A stretch of DNA of 64,000 nucleotides from Haliotis rufescens (GCF_023055435.1 NW_025963824.1:25110001-25174000), one strand, 5' to 3'. Positions 25,409-39,252 are shown, numbered from the stretch's first letter. Made by a program: numbers and translations. Notes: a model not told the origin generated them from the sequence alone.

Positions 25409-28400
25409 ATGATTAAAATCAGTTCCAATGTCTAGAACAGACAAATAAAATGAGCCTGGAATACAGCTATTTGTTATGAAGGGTTTCATCAACCAAAAAC
25501 ATTTTTAAAAAGTTCTTTATTTCTCACAATATTGTTCGTCAATGACGTGAGCCATTCAGACTCTTTTAAACTGAACTTGTGATGTCCTTTGGTATGATCA
25601 GGAATATCATTTTATGATGGAAAGAGACAAACTGCTTGAATGTTTTCAAAGTTGCAAGAGTAATGTTTGATTACAACTGTACATCAAATCTCGTAATATA
25701 TATATATATATACCACTATATTACGTGATGAATAACGCTTATACTCCGTAATTATGAAAGATAAATTAGTATCTAGCATGTATGATGCCTAAAGATTTAA
25801 AACAACTCAAAGTTTAGGTTTACATCAATAACCAATGAAAAATCACGAATGAAAAGTGGTTTGCACATTTTAAAAATTTATTTGACACTACTGAACATGG
25901 TTTGAATGAAAATGGCGGCGACGTTGTCTTTGCAAGCGGAACTGATTCATACAGTCATAGTGCAGACATAACTTTAGACACATTTGACTCTTTAATTAAT
26001 AAGGAGGAAATATTTAAAGCCAGAAGTGAATTGTGATATATCCTCGGGTAGTGATTATGTCATCCCAGATTATTTTTACTGCTGCACAGGATAATTTTGT
26101 ACCATACATAGAACCTGTATTTAATATAGTACAGGTTATTTTTCAGCTTCGTTGTGTGCTGGCATAATTATTCCATTAAAGAAAAGTGTTATGTTTAGAT
26201 AAGTTACATGCCAAATCATAAAATGAGACGACGATTCCACAGTCTGGTAAATATTGGCCACATTATTGTAGGTGAGTGAGTGAATAATATCAAACGGTTT
26301 TTCATCACTTTTGGCATGTTTCATCACTTTTGGAGTTTTAGTAAGCGTTGTATACTCACCTTTTCTCAAAGGCATGTCAAGTATTCACCTGAACAAACAT
26401 ATGGTACAAGGAATAGGGAATGGCTTCGTACATTATTTTGTCACTGATGCCATACCATACAACTTTTTGAAAGCTTTACTGAGGTCGTCAATGTTGTAAG
26501 CCTGGTAAAACAATTCAAATGTTCAATGAGACCAGAATCCAAAATCAGATTACCTTTCGCCAAGGACAGTGAGACACGAGGCGTCGTGCAGGGTTTCGTC
26601 CCTTGGTCGTGTCAGGATTTGATAGTCGTGCTTTCGAACCTAGATCAATGGTCTGACAGCACCATTCCCATACTCGCATGTTTTTTTTGTTCAGGGTTAT
26701 ATACAGTGTGCGAGCTTAGCCTCAATTTTGTAATTGATATCTTTTCCCGTAAAAACCAAGCCTCGTTCTCAAGTGCGACCTACAAACTGTAAATACAATT
26801 TGCTAGCAGATGACATATTCACTTTATAGTCTCTGTCAACTGGAGTTTTTAAACAGAGGTTTCTACTGAAACAACTTTTTTGTACTTTTATTAGCTTTCC
26901 ATGTTACAAAATATATTCACTGGATATTAATGCTTTTCACCTGGATAATAAGGTTTATTCATTTCATGATGAGGATCATCTTTTTTAAAATTGTCCCAAC
27001 TGTATGCATACCTGACAAGGACGACATTGGCTACCATTATGATACGATGTCTTACATTTTTCTCAGGAGGAATGCCATTATTTTTTCTTTTGTTTCTATT
27101 TTTTCTGACTTGTTGGATGGCATAAATGCACATATATTCACAAGATGCAAAATTCTACTAGCGTTTAAACTTCTATATAATATTAATGCATACACAAGCC
27201 TTATTGGTATAAATGTACTCTTGATATTTTCCACTTGAAAATTCATTAGTTATAGAGGTGCCAGAATTCCAATATGTTCATACCTTACTTGACAAATCTC
27301 CAGTGGTGTCACTTGGAAGTCGCATCATGATAAATAGTTAGTAAGAGACTGGTATTCCAAGTGAGTTCCAAGAAAATAACAGTTGAAACACACAATTTAG
27401 CCATGACCGAGCATAAAAATGCAATAGCCAAGGTATTATCCAAAAGTAATCGTCCACCACAACAGTAAAAGTAGTATACTGCTACAGCAGAAGATAGGTT
27501 TGAGCCAATCATTTTACTGATAGAGGTCACGTGACTAAAATCTTGACTACTTCCGGTGGTGTGAAGGGTTACTTTCCCTAATTAAAACTAACAAACCAAT
27601 ACATATTTGAGATTTAAGTTCTGATTTATTTAAGTGCAAATGTCTGTTCAGTGTGATAACACTGACAAACTATGTCCAGACAGCTTAAGACAGAAAGAAC
27701 CAAATGTCAAACACCACAACCTGTAAACCATCAGTTTAGACCCCTGACACACAAATTAGTCCCTCAATGACATATCAGTCAACTCAAATTTAAACAAACG
27801 GTGTTAAACTGCCCTAAAGTGACATATCTGTCACTAGAATGTGATGCTATCAGTAAGATGCCAGATTTATTTATGTTTCTGGCCGCTCTGTGTGGGACTT
27901 CTTGGTCACTTCGAGGGGGAAACTGGGGACTGTCTTTTATCCAATTAAAAACATGTTTACATTTGTAGCTCCTCCTGTTTTAAGTTGGATATAGTAAGCT
28001 TAGTGATCAGTGATTGCAGGAAACATAGGAATTGGCCCCTCCTCCCTTTAAGATAGATGGAACCCATATTTTTGTGAATGACTTCTACCCTGTGAGAGAA
28101 TATTTTGAGGTCACGTGACTTCAATAAACATGTTCTCACAGCCTCTACAGTGCATGGATGGGTTATATTTAGGTATTATTTTGGTAAATTGACATATGTG
28201 GAAATGGGAAATATATGAAAACATTACATGTACATATAGGATTTGTAATAAAAGGTTTATATGAGGTAGGTGTAGAGCCCAGGATTTTTCACTTCCTGTG
28301 ACAGGGGCTGTGACGTCACTATGGGGCCTTTAGCATTGAATCTATTTATAACCTGTGTGAAAGCGAGGCTTGGTTTTCATCTATAAGCGGTAACATAGGC

Positions 28401-28487
28401 TGAGCTCGCACACTGATAGGTCCGTGGTTCAAGGTGCAGCCTATAAAAATAAAAATAAACTTTCGAAAATTCAGTGCAACTAGAGCT

Positions 28488-28802
28488 TAGGTGACTTGAA
28501 ATTAGGTTTAATGTCGCAGTCAAGATTATTGCACTTATATTTCGACGAGCATGTCCTTGTGTGAGTGGCTGCTTGTATTTGTCTAGATGTATGCACATTT
28601 TATAGTGCGAGCCCACTGATATACCATGTCACAGTTTAACATGAATTCCCCACTCAGACACAGTTACCGTCTCCAATCCGACAAGTTTTTAATGCCGAGC
28701 GCCAGGCAGGGTAACAACAAAGACCATTTTTTTACCGTATTTTGGTATGACGCAGCCGGGGATCTAACCAAAGAACTTCCGCTCTCCGGGCAGTTGCTCT
28801 AC
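28488..28802 (-). mobile_element. SINE family B
   Basis: Diverged reverse-complement match. Confidence 0.8.
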
Positions 28803-29395
28803 AGGGGGAACGACATATAGCAGACTTTGGACGATAATTGATACGATGTACGTTTTCGTAAACAGCACCGCTCATTTCCTTCAACTAATTGCCATCCCCA
28901 CTAAACAAACATCAATTAACCTAAAATAAAAGTGTAGCTTGTTTGGTAAGACCTCCCATAAGATCACTGTTCCAGTGATGAATAGTTTTCACCCCACTCG
29001 CATGTGTTCGTGTCACCTGTTTTCGTGGGTATTCATTCCAAAGCCTTCCGCGACTACCGACTGTCAGACCAGGCACCCGCAAATACATCAGTGGCTGTGA
29101 CTTGGTTTAATGAGTTTCGCCTTTCAAATTAACCTGGTTTCCGATAGAGGTTTGGAAACAACCCATTCTGAAGTTTCAAGCCAGGACTTTCAGGAATGCA
29201 GTGTTGAGTTTATAATCGTCAGACGGCTAGCATTACGTTACTTGAAGATCTCAGTGACATTTCTGAAACTGACAGATCAGATTGATTTACAAAAAAACAG
29301 TTGGTTTCTGAAAGCAGCGTTGGTACATGTAGGCCAACAGCTGGTAAGACAGGACTACATATTTAGCTCTACCAACTGTTGTAAAGTCTTATGTT

Positions 29396-29705
29396 AGGTG
29401 AGGTGAGGTGAAATGGGGTTTAACGTCAGCTTGAAGATGATTCCACTTATATAGCGATGTGTACGTGTGCGCGCGCACGTCCGGACTAATGCCGGATTCA
29501 TAGTGGTAGTCCACTGAGATACCAATTCGCAGTTTAACATGGATACCCCACTCAGGTACATGATACTGATTCCGAGTCGACCAGTCCTTGTTTTAGCCCC
29601 TTAATGCCGGCCACCAGACAGGGTAACAACAAGTACCATCTGTTAAGGTTTTTTTGGTATGACGCGGCATTTAACCACGGCATTGGGTTCTCCGGGCAGA
29701 CGCTG
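29396..29705 (-). mobile_element. SINE family B
   Basis: (GGTGA)n tail and central-domain match. Confidence 0.85.
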
Positions 29706-29737
29706 TGATCCATTAAACGCGTATGTAAACAAACATA

Positions 29738-29915
29738 TAGGCGATTAAGGGGATCGGGAGGTCAGGCTCGTTGACTTGGTTGATGCATGTCATCGATCCC
29801 AATTGTGTGGATCGATGCTCATGATACTAATCACTGTCTGGTCAAGACTCGATTATTTACAGACTGCCGTCATATAGCTGGAATATTGCTGATTGCGGCG
29901 TTAAACAACAAACAA
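29738..29915 (+). mobile_element. Family C, 5'-truncated
   Basis: Body and tail match. Confidence 0.8.
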
Positions 29916-30594
29916 ATTGCTTTTTCGTCACTGAGTCAAACGGAAGCCCGACCTCATTATGGAAACACCCAAATTAAACACCCACATCAAACGTACGTAA
30001 TTAAGGAACACGGTCTTCTGCGCATGCGTAACCTAAGCTTGTTAAATACTCGTCAAGCAGGTCGAAGACGGAGTCGATGTGTCGTTCCAGGCTTCCTGTC
30101 TGAGAAAGCAATTCCAGCTTTCACAAATCTGAGTGTTCGTTTTGTAATGCCAATACCACGTTCCATTCATTAAAACACACTTTGCGTATATCAGATGGTT
30201 CCCAAACAGGCACCATATGGTAGTCATGTTAAAATATATCTGGATATTGGTTAAATGTCCGTCTGAAGTTTTTCACATTATGAATTGCGCTGCATCTGCG
30301 TTCAAGTGGTTACGTTCTGATTGAACAAACAACTTCACAAGCAGCTGTTTATGAAAAATAAACCGTTTTCTGCGCATATTTTTATGTTTCATAAGAAAAA
30401 CAGTTTTAATCTTGTGGTGATAACAAGGTTGTTTGATATTTGGTTAAGTCAAAGAATGATAACCCTTCCTTCAAAAATCCGGACAACGTTTACATTCAAT
30501 GATGTAGAAAAACTGGGATTGTTTTACCGGACGGTTATCTATCTTAGAAATCTACTTGCATTGTTCTGTCAAAGATATCCAGTTTGGTTATGTG

Positions 30595-30821
30595 TATGTT
30601 AGTTGTTAAACGCCGCATTCAGCAAAGTCCAGATAAATGAAGACGGTCTGTAAATAATCGAGTCTGGACCACACAATCCAGCGATCGACATCATGAGCAT
30701 CGACCTACGCAATTGGGATACGATGATATGTATCAACCAAGTCAGCGAGCCTGACCACTCAATCCCGTTTGTCGCCTCTTACGACAAGGGTTGCTAAAGA
30801 CCAATTCCCGTATCTTCACGC
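30595..30821 (-). mobile_element. Family C
   Basis: Reverse-complement match. Confidence 0.8.
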
Positions 30822-31167
30822 GTTACTTTGCGTGACATACTTTATGCAGAGATTTCTATTGGATATGGAAACGGTCTTGTCGCTTCATTTGGTTATTTGA
30901 GAACATCAATTTTTTTTTTCGATATTTATACTTTAACTCCATATGTATTAAAACGTAAAAAGGAAAATAGGTTACGGGATGAATTTAAAACCATTGCGAC
31001 CATTCGATTCACGTGCATGTATAAAGATCATTAAACGGAATGGGGGTTATTATGTCCTCGGCAATTCAAAAACACTGACACTTACTTATATTAAATTCAC
31101 GTATTTTCTAACAATAATGATTAATTTTCAAGAATGGAGCATACACTGAATTTGGATATCAGTCAAG

Positions 31168-31424
31168 GTGAGTGAGTAAGTTTGATTTGGCGCCGCTTTA
31201 AACAGTATTTCAGTTATATCATGTGTTGGGGGAACGCTCGAAATGATCCAGGTCTCAGACGTTTAACATTTTGGTGAAACCCACGAGCACGGGCATGGTG
31301 CTGAGAAACATAGAATCATAATCAGAGATAACATGGATTCGAACCCATGATAATAGGTTTCTGGTACGCCGAGGGGACGCAACTCTGCAAAGAGAGTTAC
31401 TGCACCTCAGCCTGGGCCACCCAT
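31168..31424 (-). mobile_element. SINE family D
   Basis: Reverse-complement match. Confidence 0.75.
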
Positions 31425-31833
31425 GTTCCCAGGTCAACGTGGAATCCCACGGACCATCCTTGACATAAAATGTGCTGAAAGTCTCGTGTTTCTCGAAACA
31501 TTAGTGGTATGTTAATGACATTGACGCCTAGAGCCACCATTACAGAACTTTTACAAGGGCGTAACTGATCTGAGCATGCTGTGGAGAAACAAATTAACAA
31601 GCAGATGTTCACCATGTTGATAATACGAAAATACAACCAAAAGCTAATGCTGTAGGGCAACACGATAGTTCACAGAATATAAGCCTTGGCCCTACGGCTT
31701 AATAGAGAATAAACGACTGGGTACTATTCAAGCTTTATCACGTCAGCCTGTACACCATCGTATCTGGCCAAGCAAACCAGTGATTGACGGCAAGAGCAAT
31801 GCCCGATGCACTCAGGTCACGGTGACATTCCTA

Positions 31834-32203
31834 CCCATAACGATTCGGGGTAATAGGTCTTCAGCAACCCAAGCTTGTCGTGAGAGGCGACTATGCTTGT
31901 CGTAAGAGGCGACTAATGGGATCGGGTGGTCAGGCTCGCTGACTTTGTTGATGCATGTCATTGTATTCCAATTGCGTAGAACGATGCTCGTGATGTCAAT
32001 CGCTGGATTGTCTGATCGAGACTCGATTACTTACAGACAGCCGATATACATATGGGTGTCGTTATACAAAACCACCTATTGAAGTAAGACGGTTGTAAGT
32101 CTATGTTTAGGTATGGGAGTAACGATCACCTTAGCGTTAAGATCGCTTGTACACTGAAATCAGGACTTTGGCTGAGTGCGGCGTTAAACAACAAATAAAC
32201 AAA
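31834..32203 (+). mobile_element. Family C with a small insertion (~32053-32165)
   Basis: Body match interrupted by a sequence that also occurs at 63640-64000. Confidence 0.75.
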
Positions 32204-32488
32204 CGATGACAATCATCCAAGCCGTAGAGCCTGACCAATGGATCAAATAGTTTCAAGCAAAAATCCCATAATTTCATTAATATGATGATCAAAATAGGCA
32301 AGTCTACCTAGCTACAATGAAATCGGCATTAGAAATGGAAAATCTTTCTTAAACAGATTTAGTGGGCAAGATATGATTTCATACCCTACATTGTAGTCTG
32401 TGTGCAAGTGTTTTATTTGGCATCGACGTGTCTGGACTGCAAGGCCTACATACACACGGTAGTACCCCATCGTCATCAATTGGCTCTA

Positions 32489-32750
32489 GACCCGTGAAGA
32501 TCCTGGGTAGAATAGTTCTTCAGCAACCCATGCTTGCCGTAAAAGGCGACTATGCTTGTCGTAAGAGGCGACTAACGGGATCGGGTGGTCAGGCTCGCTG
32601 ACTTGGTTGATGCATGTCATCGTATCCCAATTGCGTGGAGCGATGCTCATGATGTCAATCACTGGATTGTCTGGTCCAGACTCGATTATGTACAGACCGC
32701 CGTCATATAGCTGGAATATTGCTGGGTGTGGCGTTAAACAACAAACAAAC
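32489..32750 (+). mobile_element. Head-less short retroelement family C, full-length reference copy
   Basis: 12-bp TSD CAATTGGCTCTA; starts GACCCGTGAAGATCC with no A/B box; ends GGAATATTGCT...GGCGTTAAAC(AAAC)n. Confidence 0.9.
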
Positions 32751-33059
32751 CAATTGGCTCTAAAGACAAGGGCAAGGGATGCTGAGAACCTATTCCGTCA
32801 TGGAATCCCCAGGTAAATTACCGCTTTATGACGACACTGATAGGTTTATGTATATCTTGACCTTTCCTTTATTTAAACGACTGAACGGGGGGGGGGGGGG
32901 GGGGGGGGGGGGGTATACTATCTAAACTAGGCTGGCTAAATGGTCTTTTTACGCCAATCCATATTGGTAACGTGTCATAACTAACCAAGCTGTGGGTCAT
33001 TATCGCCCATACTCCACATTAACCCTTACCGTTGTAATATCCGTGTCTCCTAGGAACGA

Positions 33060-33290
33060 GGGCCGCCAAGTGGCATAATGTGCCTGCAGAGTTGCGGCCC
33101 TTAGCTGCCAGAATCAATGGTTCCTCCGATTATGACGCTTGATCTGTCAGTACTCGTGATGGTGGGTTTCACCAAACTGGTAAATTCTATCGCCTGCGTC
33201 TGTTACGGCTTTTCTCGCATATATTCAGTTAATCCGCCTTGATGTAACAGAAATAAAGTTCAATACGGCGATAAACCCAATTGACTCAAT
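33060..33290 (+). mobile_element. SINE family D, old copy (similar relics near 17740-17860, 20930-21235, 47260-47455, 49870-50080 and 61095-61240)
   Basis: Shared gtgggtttcaccaaa, caggatccgct and tail motifs; boundaries approximate. Confidence 0.55.
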
Positions 33291-33661
33291 TGTATATAAG
33301 TGAAATGTGTAAGCCGTTTTGCAATAAGCACCAGTACATAACTACAGGAAAAGAAGTCGGAAATGGATTTCCGAAACTGAACCCACTTAGGAAATAACAT
33401 TTTTATGGTAATTATGAACATGGTTCTTGTTATAATAAATATACATGTATAATCATATAGCCACATTAATAAGTTTCTGCTCACCAAACTGTAATGGCAT
33501 AATAGAGTCCGGGGGTATGAATGATAAATAAAACAGTATTCAAAGGTCCTCCAGGCTGAAAATATTTGACAAAACAGCTTCGTGAGCTTCTCTATCACAG
33601 CATTAGAGAAACTAGTTTTTCCTCACATGGTTATTTTCACATTGAACTTTCTTTGTCAGTG

Positions 33662-33815
33662 AGGGCAAGGGGGTAGCCTAGTAGTTAAACCGTTCGCTCG
33701 TCACTCCGAAGACCCGGGTTCGATACCCTCCATGGGTACAATGTGTGAAGTCCATTGCTGGTGTCCCCCGACGTGATGTTGCTATAAGCGGCGTAAAACT
33801 ATACTTACTCTCTCT
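33662..33815 (+). mobile_element. SINE family A
   Basis: Matches the 18118 copy, with A/B boxes. Confidence 0.85.
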
Positions 33816-35496
33816 TTCTCAGTCGGCAGACTAGTAAACAGTGGTAAAAAATCAAGACAAAGTTTACAAATAAAAGGTATAAAAACTAAACTGCCGGGTA
33901 AAAGAAAGTATACACTTAAAATTTAAATTTGGCCAAAAAAATTCAAAAGTTATCAATACTTTACCAGCCTGAAACGTCCCAAACACTGCTATGATACCCT
34001 ATCAAATAAATCCCCATCGGAAAACTATTTCTTGTGGTTTTAGCCACCGTCAAACATGGGTACATACTTTCTTTTGCCCGCAGTGTAGATTGTATTTCAA
34101 GACAAAACCAAACAGTATTGGCTGTTCTGAAGAAACAAGTTTGACACGGCATGTTCTATATTACATGTAGGATTATTAGAACTTTTTTCCCAACTTATCA
34201 GGTCTTTATTGTGTAAATATCGCGTTGCCAATCACTCTGAAGGAGAGATTTGGGTAAACGAGTTCCAAATTACCAAACATTCCCCGAAAACAGACACCGA
34301 GCTCCCCAAATCTCCAACACGACGACATCCTCCGCTGTGTCTAACACATGTACACACGGCGCCAGAACGGTAGGGTTAATGGTGATGCTCTGGATTCTCC
34401 ATCAATGTCTCAAGCGATGTATCATGTATAACGCGCAGCATCCCTCGCTGGGACCAGTACGACTGTGTTGTCTTCAATGGCGTTTGTTGTCTGTAATCAA
34501 CTCTTCATAAACCTTCATGTCGATGTGTGGAATTGGAGGAAGGATAGCGAGAGTTGGGAACTCCTTGCGTCACTGGAACAGGACCTACATGTACGTTAGG
34601 AACTATTGGTTGAAACAATATGTTCTTAAAACGAGGTGAGTTGCACGTAAATAGTTTATATTCCCCATGTCGACAACCCCTAAAAAGCAGCGTGAGTTTC
34701 CACTTTTTGTCAGCCTTCGCGTGAAAAAACACTGGAGTTACGGTTTACGAGAATATGCGTGCCACGACTTGACATGAAATATTTTTTTAAACAACACGCT
34801 TTGAGAGTTCTAACACTTTCTCATAGTCTTCGAGGTGGTCTAAAGTCGTGTGTTGAGGGCATTACGAAATTTGAATTTATTTCTATTGAGACAGGCATGT
34901 GATGTACAATACAAGCTCCGCCTTTTGGAGTGCCCTGAGAATTCTGCAAATTGTTTCAAGGAAGATTACCAGGCACGTCATCAGTGTAGTTTGAAGTCGA
35001 TGGATTACAATGTGCTGTGTCAGTGTGTGATAGGTAGCCCCCACTCTCCGGAATCTGATCAGGGAGTCTGTGTTTTTCATGTCGTTGTTAAGATAACTTT
35101 AATCTAAGTTTTAGCAAACTCGGTGATGTGGATGTGGTGATATATTCTGGGAGCCAGTTCTCGTAAGTCTCTATTTGTATATGGTGTTTCACCTTATCAT
35201 TCAAGAGCGCTTATGAGCTTTACGAGCGCGCGTGTTGCGAGTAATCTTTACGTTGTATATAACTGTCTACACTTGGCGTAATTAGGTAGTTTTAGGGGAG
35301 TTAATTTGTTTACACATCAAAGAATGTTCAGCATAAGGCACATTTTATTCAGCAATTAAGTATTTATTATATTTGTCTAATCTTTTTATGGATATGTTTA
35401 TTTAATCTATTTGTCATACTTTGACACATTTTCAACATAAATGTATTTAAAAGAAATCATATTTCATTTTTATATGTTACTATATGATGAGAAATT

Positions 35497-35630
35497 ATCG
35501 TAACCCAATTGCGTGGCTCGATGCTCATGATGTCAATCACTGGATTGTCTGGTCCAGACTCGATTATTTACAGACCGCCGTCAATAAGTGGAATATTGCT
35601 GAGTGCGGCGTTAAACAACAAGCAAACAAA
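35497..35630 (+). mobile_element. Family C, 3' half
   Basis: Body and tail match. Confidence 0.8.
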
Positions 35631-36289
35631 CACATGTTCGAGTTTTTCCACTTTAATATTTCAAGTTATTTTTGTATTAGTGTTTATACTTATATCATCG
35701 TATGCGTCATATAATTTAACTTATCTATATTGTCTTGTACCTTCAAAGTAACGAGAATTTCAAATTAAATTATATTTCTGCTTGTACGAATATCATTTAT
35801 TTGAGTTGTATTGTCTGCTAATAATCACATTTTCCCCGGAAATTAAAGCATACCATACCTCCTTGTGTGACTTTTGCAGTCTCCACCTAAACGGTTTCTT
35901 AGACATAACCTCTGCATACACACAAGTGTTGCTCGCTCAGTAGTTACCTCTACATATTTGTGCAAGACATGTGCCAAACTCTATGCAGTTATGCGAAAAC
36001 GATATGCGTCGCTGATTTTCTCAGACGAAAGTAAGCTAAGGCATGCCAGGCAATTTGAGCAGTGAGTTGCTGTAGCTGTTCGGAAGAATGTCTAGCTACA
36101 CAAAGTAAGTGTTTTTGAACGTGTAATCAGGTTGTGGAGACGAGTGAGAGATCATTCCTTTCGCAGGGTTGGAGCTAAGTAAAGTTTGTGTATGAGGACT
36201 TGCCAATTATCAAAGGGCACCTGTTTCATGAAGTCAAACTGTCTGTCTTCGATGACGTGAACTGTACTTTGTGAAATACGATTGTCATT

Positions 36290-38200
36290 AACAAAGAGAG
36301 CTCTACTTTTAATTAGTGCTGTGGTTTGTGTGTTTATTGTGAAAATTGTCTGTCATCGGTAAAGTGAGCTGTACTTTTAACTAGTGGTTTAGTTTGTGTG
36401 GTCATTGGGAAAATTGACTGTCATCGGTAACGTGAGCTATTCCTTTACCTAGTTTAGTGTCTGTGTTAATTGGGAAAATTGCCTGTCATCGGTAAAGTGA
36501 GCTGTACTTTTAACAAGTGGTGAAGTCTGTGTGTTCATTGGGAAAATTGTCTGCCGTTGGTAAAGTGAGCTATATACTTTTAACTAGTGGTATAGTGTGT
36601 GTACTCATTGGGAAAATTGTCTGTCATCGGTAAAGTGGGTTATAGTTTTAACTAGTAGTGTAGTCTGTGTGTTCATTGGGAAAAGTGTCTGCCGTGGGTA
36701 AAGTGAGCTATACACTTTTAACTAGTGGTATAGTGTGTGTACTCATTGGGGAAATTGTCTGCCATCGGTAAAGTGAGATATAGTTTTAACTAGTAGTGTA
36801 GTCTGTGTGTTCATTGGGAAAAGTGTCTGCCGTGGGTAAAGTGAGCTATATACTTTTAACTAATGGTATAGTGTGTGTACTCATTGGGGAAATTGTCTGC
36901 CATCGGTAAAGTGAGCTTAATACATTTAACTAGTAGTGTAGTCTGTGTGTTCATTGGGAAAAGTGTCTGCCGTGGGTAAAGTGAGCTATATACTTTTAAC
37001 TAGTGGTATAGTGTGTGTACTCATTGGGGAAATTGTCTGCCATCGGTAAAGTGAGCTTAATACATTTAACTAGTAGTGTAGTCTGTGTGTTCATTGGGAA
37101 AAGTGTCTGCCGTGGGTAAAGTGAGCTATATACTTTTAACTAGTGGTATAGTGTGTGTACTCATTGGGGAAATTGTCTGCAATCGGTTAAGTGAGCTTAA
37201 TACATTTAACTAGTAGTGTAGTCTGTGTGTTCATTGGGAAAAGTGTCTGCCGTGGGTAAAGTGAGCTATATACTTTTAACTAGTGGTATAGTGTGTGTAC
37301 TCATTGAGGAAATTGTCTGCCATCGGTAAAGTGAGCTTTATACATTTAACTAGTAGTGTAGTCTGTGTGTTCATTGGGAAAAGTGTCTGCCGTGGGTTAA
37401 GTGAGCTATATACTTTTAACTAGTGGTATAGTGTGTGTACTCATTGGGAAAATTGTCTGTCATCGGTAAAGTGAGATATAGTTTGAACTAGTAGTGTAGT
37501 CTGTGTGTTCATTGGGAAAAGTGTCTGCCGTGGTTTAAGTGAGCTATATACTTTTAACTAGTGGTATAGTGTATGTACTCATTGGGGAAATTGTCTGCCA
37601 TCGGTAATGTGAGCTTAATACATTTAACTAGTAGTGTAGTCTGTGTGTTCATTGGGAAAAGTGTCTGCCGTGGGTAAAGTGAGCTATATACTTTTAACTA
37701 GTGGTATAGTGTGTGTACTCATTGGGGAAATTGTCTGCCATCGGTAAAGTGAGCCAAATACATTTAACTAGTAGTGTAGTCTGTGTGTTCATTGGGAAAA
37801 GTGTCTGCCGTGGTTAAAGTGAGCTATATACTTTTAACTAGTGGTATAGTGTGTGTACTCATTGGGGAAATTGTCTGCCATCGGTAAAGTGAGCTTCATA
37901 CATTTAACTAGTAGTGTAGTCTGTGTGTTCATTGGGAAAAGTGTCTGCCGTGGGTAAAGTGAGCTATATACTTTTAACTAGTGGTATAGTGTGTGTACTC
38001 ATTGGGGAAATTGTCTGCCATCGGTAAAGTGAGCTTTATACATTTAACTAGTGGTATAGTTTGTGTGTTCATTGGGGAAAATGTCTGCCATCGGTAAAGC
38101 GAGCTGTATACATTTACCTATTGTATAGTTTGTGTGTCCAAGGGGTAAATTGACACTCATCGGAAAAGTGAGCTATACTTTGAACTAGGTGTGTAGTTTT
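36290..38200. repeat. 70-bp satellite organised as a 140-bp A/B dimer
   Basis: TCATTGGG at 36951, 37021, 37091 and onward; alternate monomers carry GCCGTGGGTAAA versus GCCATCGGTAAA. Confidence 0.95.
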
Positions 38201-39252
38201 CATGGTTGTCTTTGGTAAAATAGGCTGAGCTTCAACTAGAGGTGGACATGTTATACGCCATGATGTCTTGATGACACGCATCGGTAAACTATCCATGACT
38301 TGTGGTATAGGTTATGAGAGTAGGGAATACCTATGCCCAATATCTGTTCACAGGTAATTCAGACCACCTTTTAACAGATCACAGGTATTTTTTATACCCA
38401 TTTCACAATCACGGATAATTATAGTTTAAATTAGTTTGTATCTCATAGCGATAAGGCATAATGCATTCTTACTTATGAGTCTGACTTAAACCATGTCATT
38501 ATCACGTTTATGTTGGTTTTTTTCATGTATAAACTAGGACTGCATATCATTTTATTGTAACATATGAAATTGGTGACCACTTGTCAGACGGACCATCTTT
38601 GGCGTTTCTTAATATATTTAGGCTACTGTCCCCCAAGTTTACTATATTGCATTCCAGATTTCGGCATACAAAAACAATAACGTATAATAACAATTCACAA
38701 GAGAAGTAAAAAATTTCACAGAAAACGTGTAATTGATTTGCAAATTTTCGATACGAGGACTGTTGAGAAATATCCTAACCCACTTTATTCGTAACGAGAA
38801 ATATCAAATCGCGGCAAATTATGTTTGTTTGTTTGTTGTTTAACGCCGCACTCAGCAATACTCCAGCTATGTGACGGCGGTCTGTAAATAATCGGAAAAG
38901 AGCCAATAACGTATAACGAAATAAGTATTCCCTACCCGTGTTTATGTGTTCATCAGGTCTAAAATATTGTATCATAGTTATTCTTTGAACCAGTGAAGTA
39001 TATGTTTCGTGGGGATAAAACCACAGTCAGTTCCATGGCAACGTCTAAAACATTTCTTCAACAAATTAACAAATATAGCATGGAGTGGCAATGTATATCA
39101 ATTATGTATTAAAGTTAACTCGCGAATGCTAATCAGTCATTTCTTGTTTGTTTCATTTTGTTTCACCATCAAATATGGGTGGAGACTATTTTTTGCCGTT
39201 CTGTTTTGTCACACGAGGGGAGTTTGCATATCGCGTAAACTGCATTCTGGGA

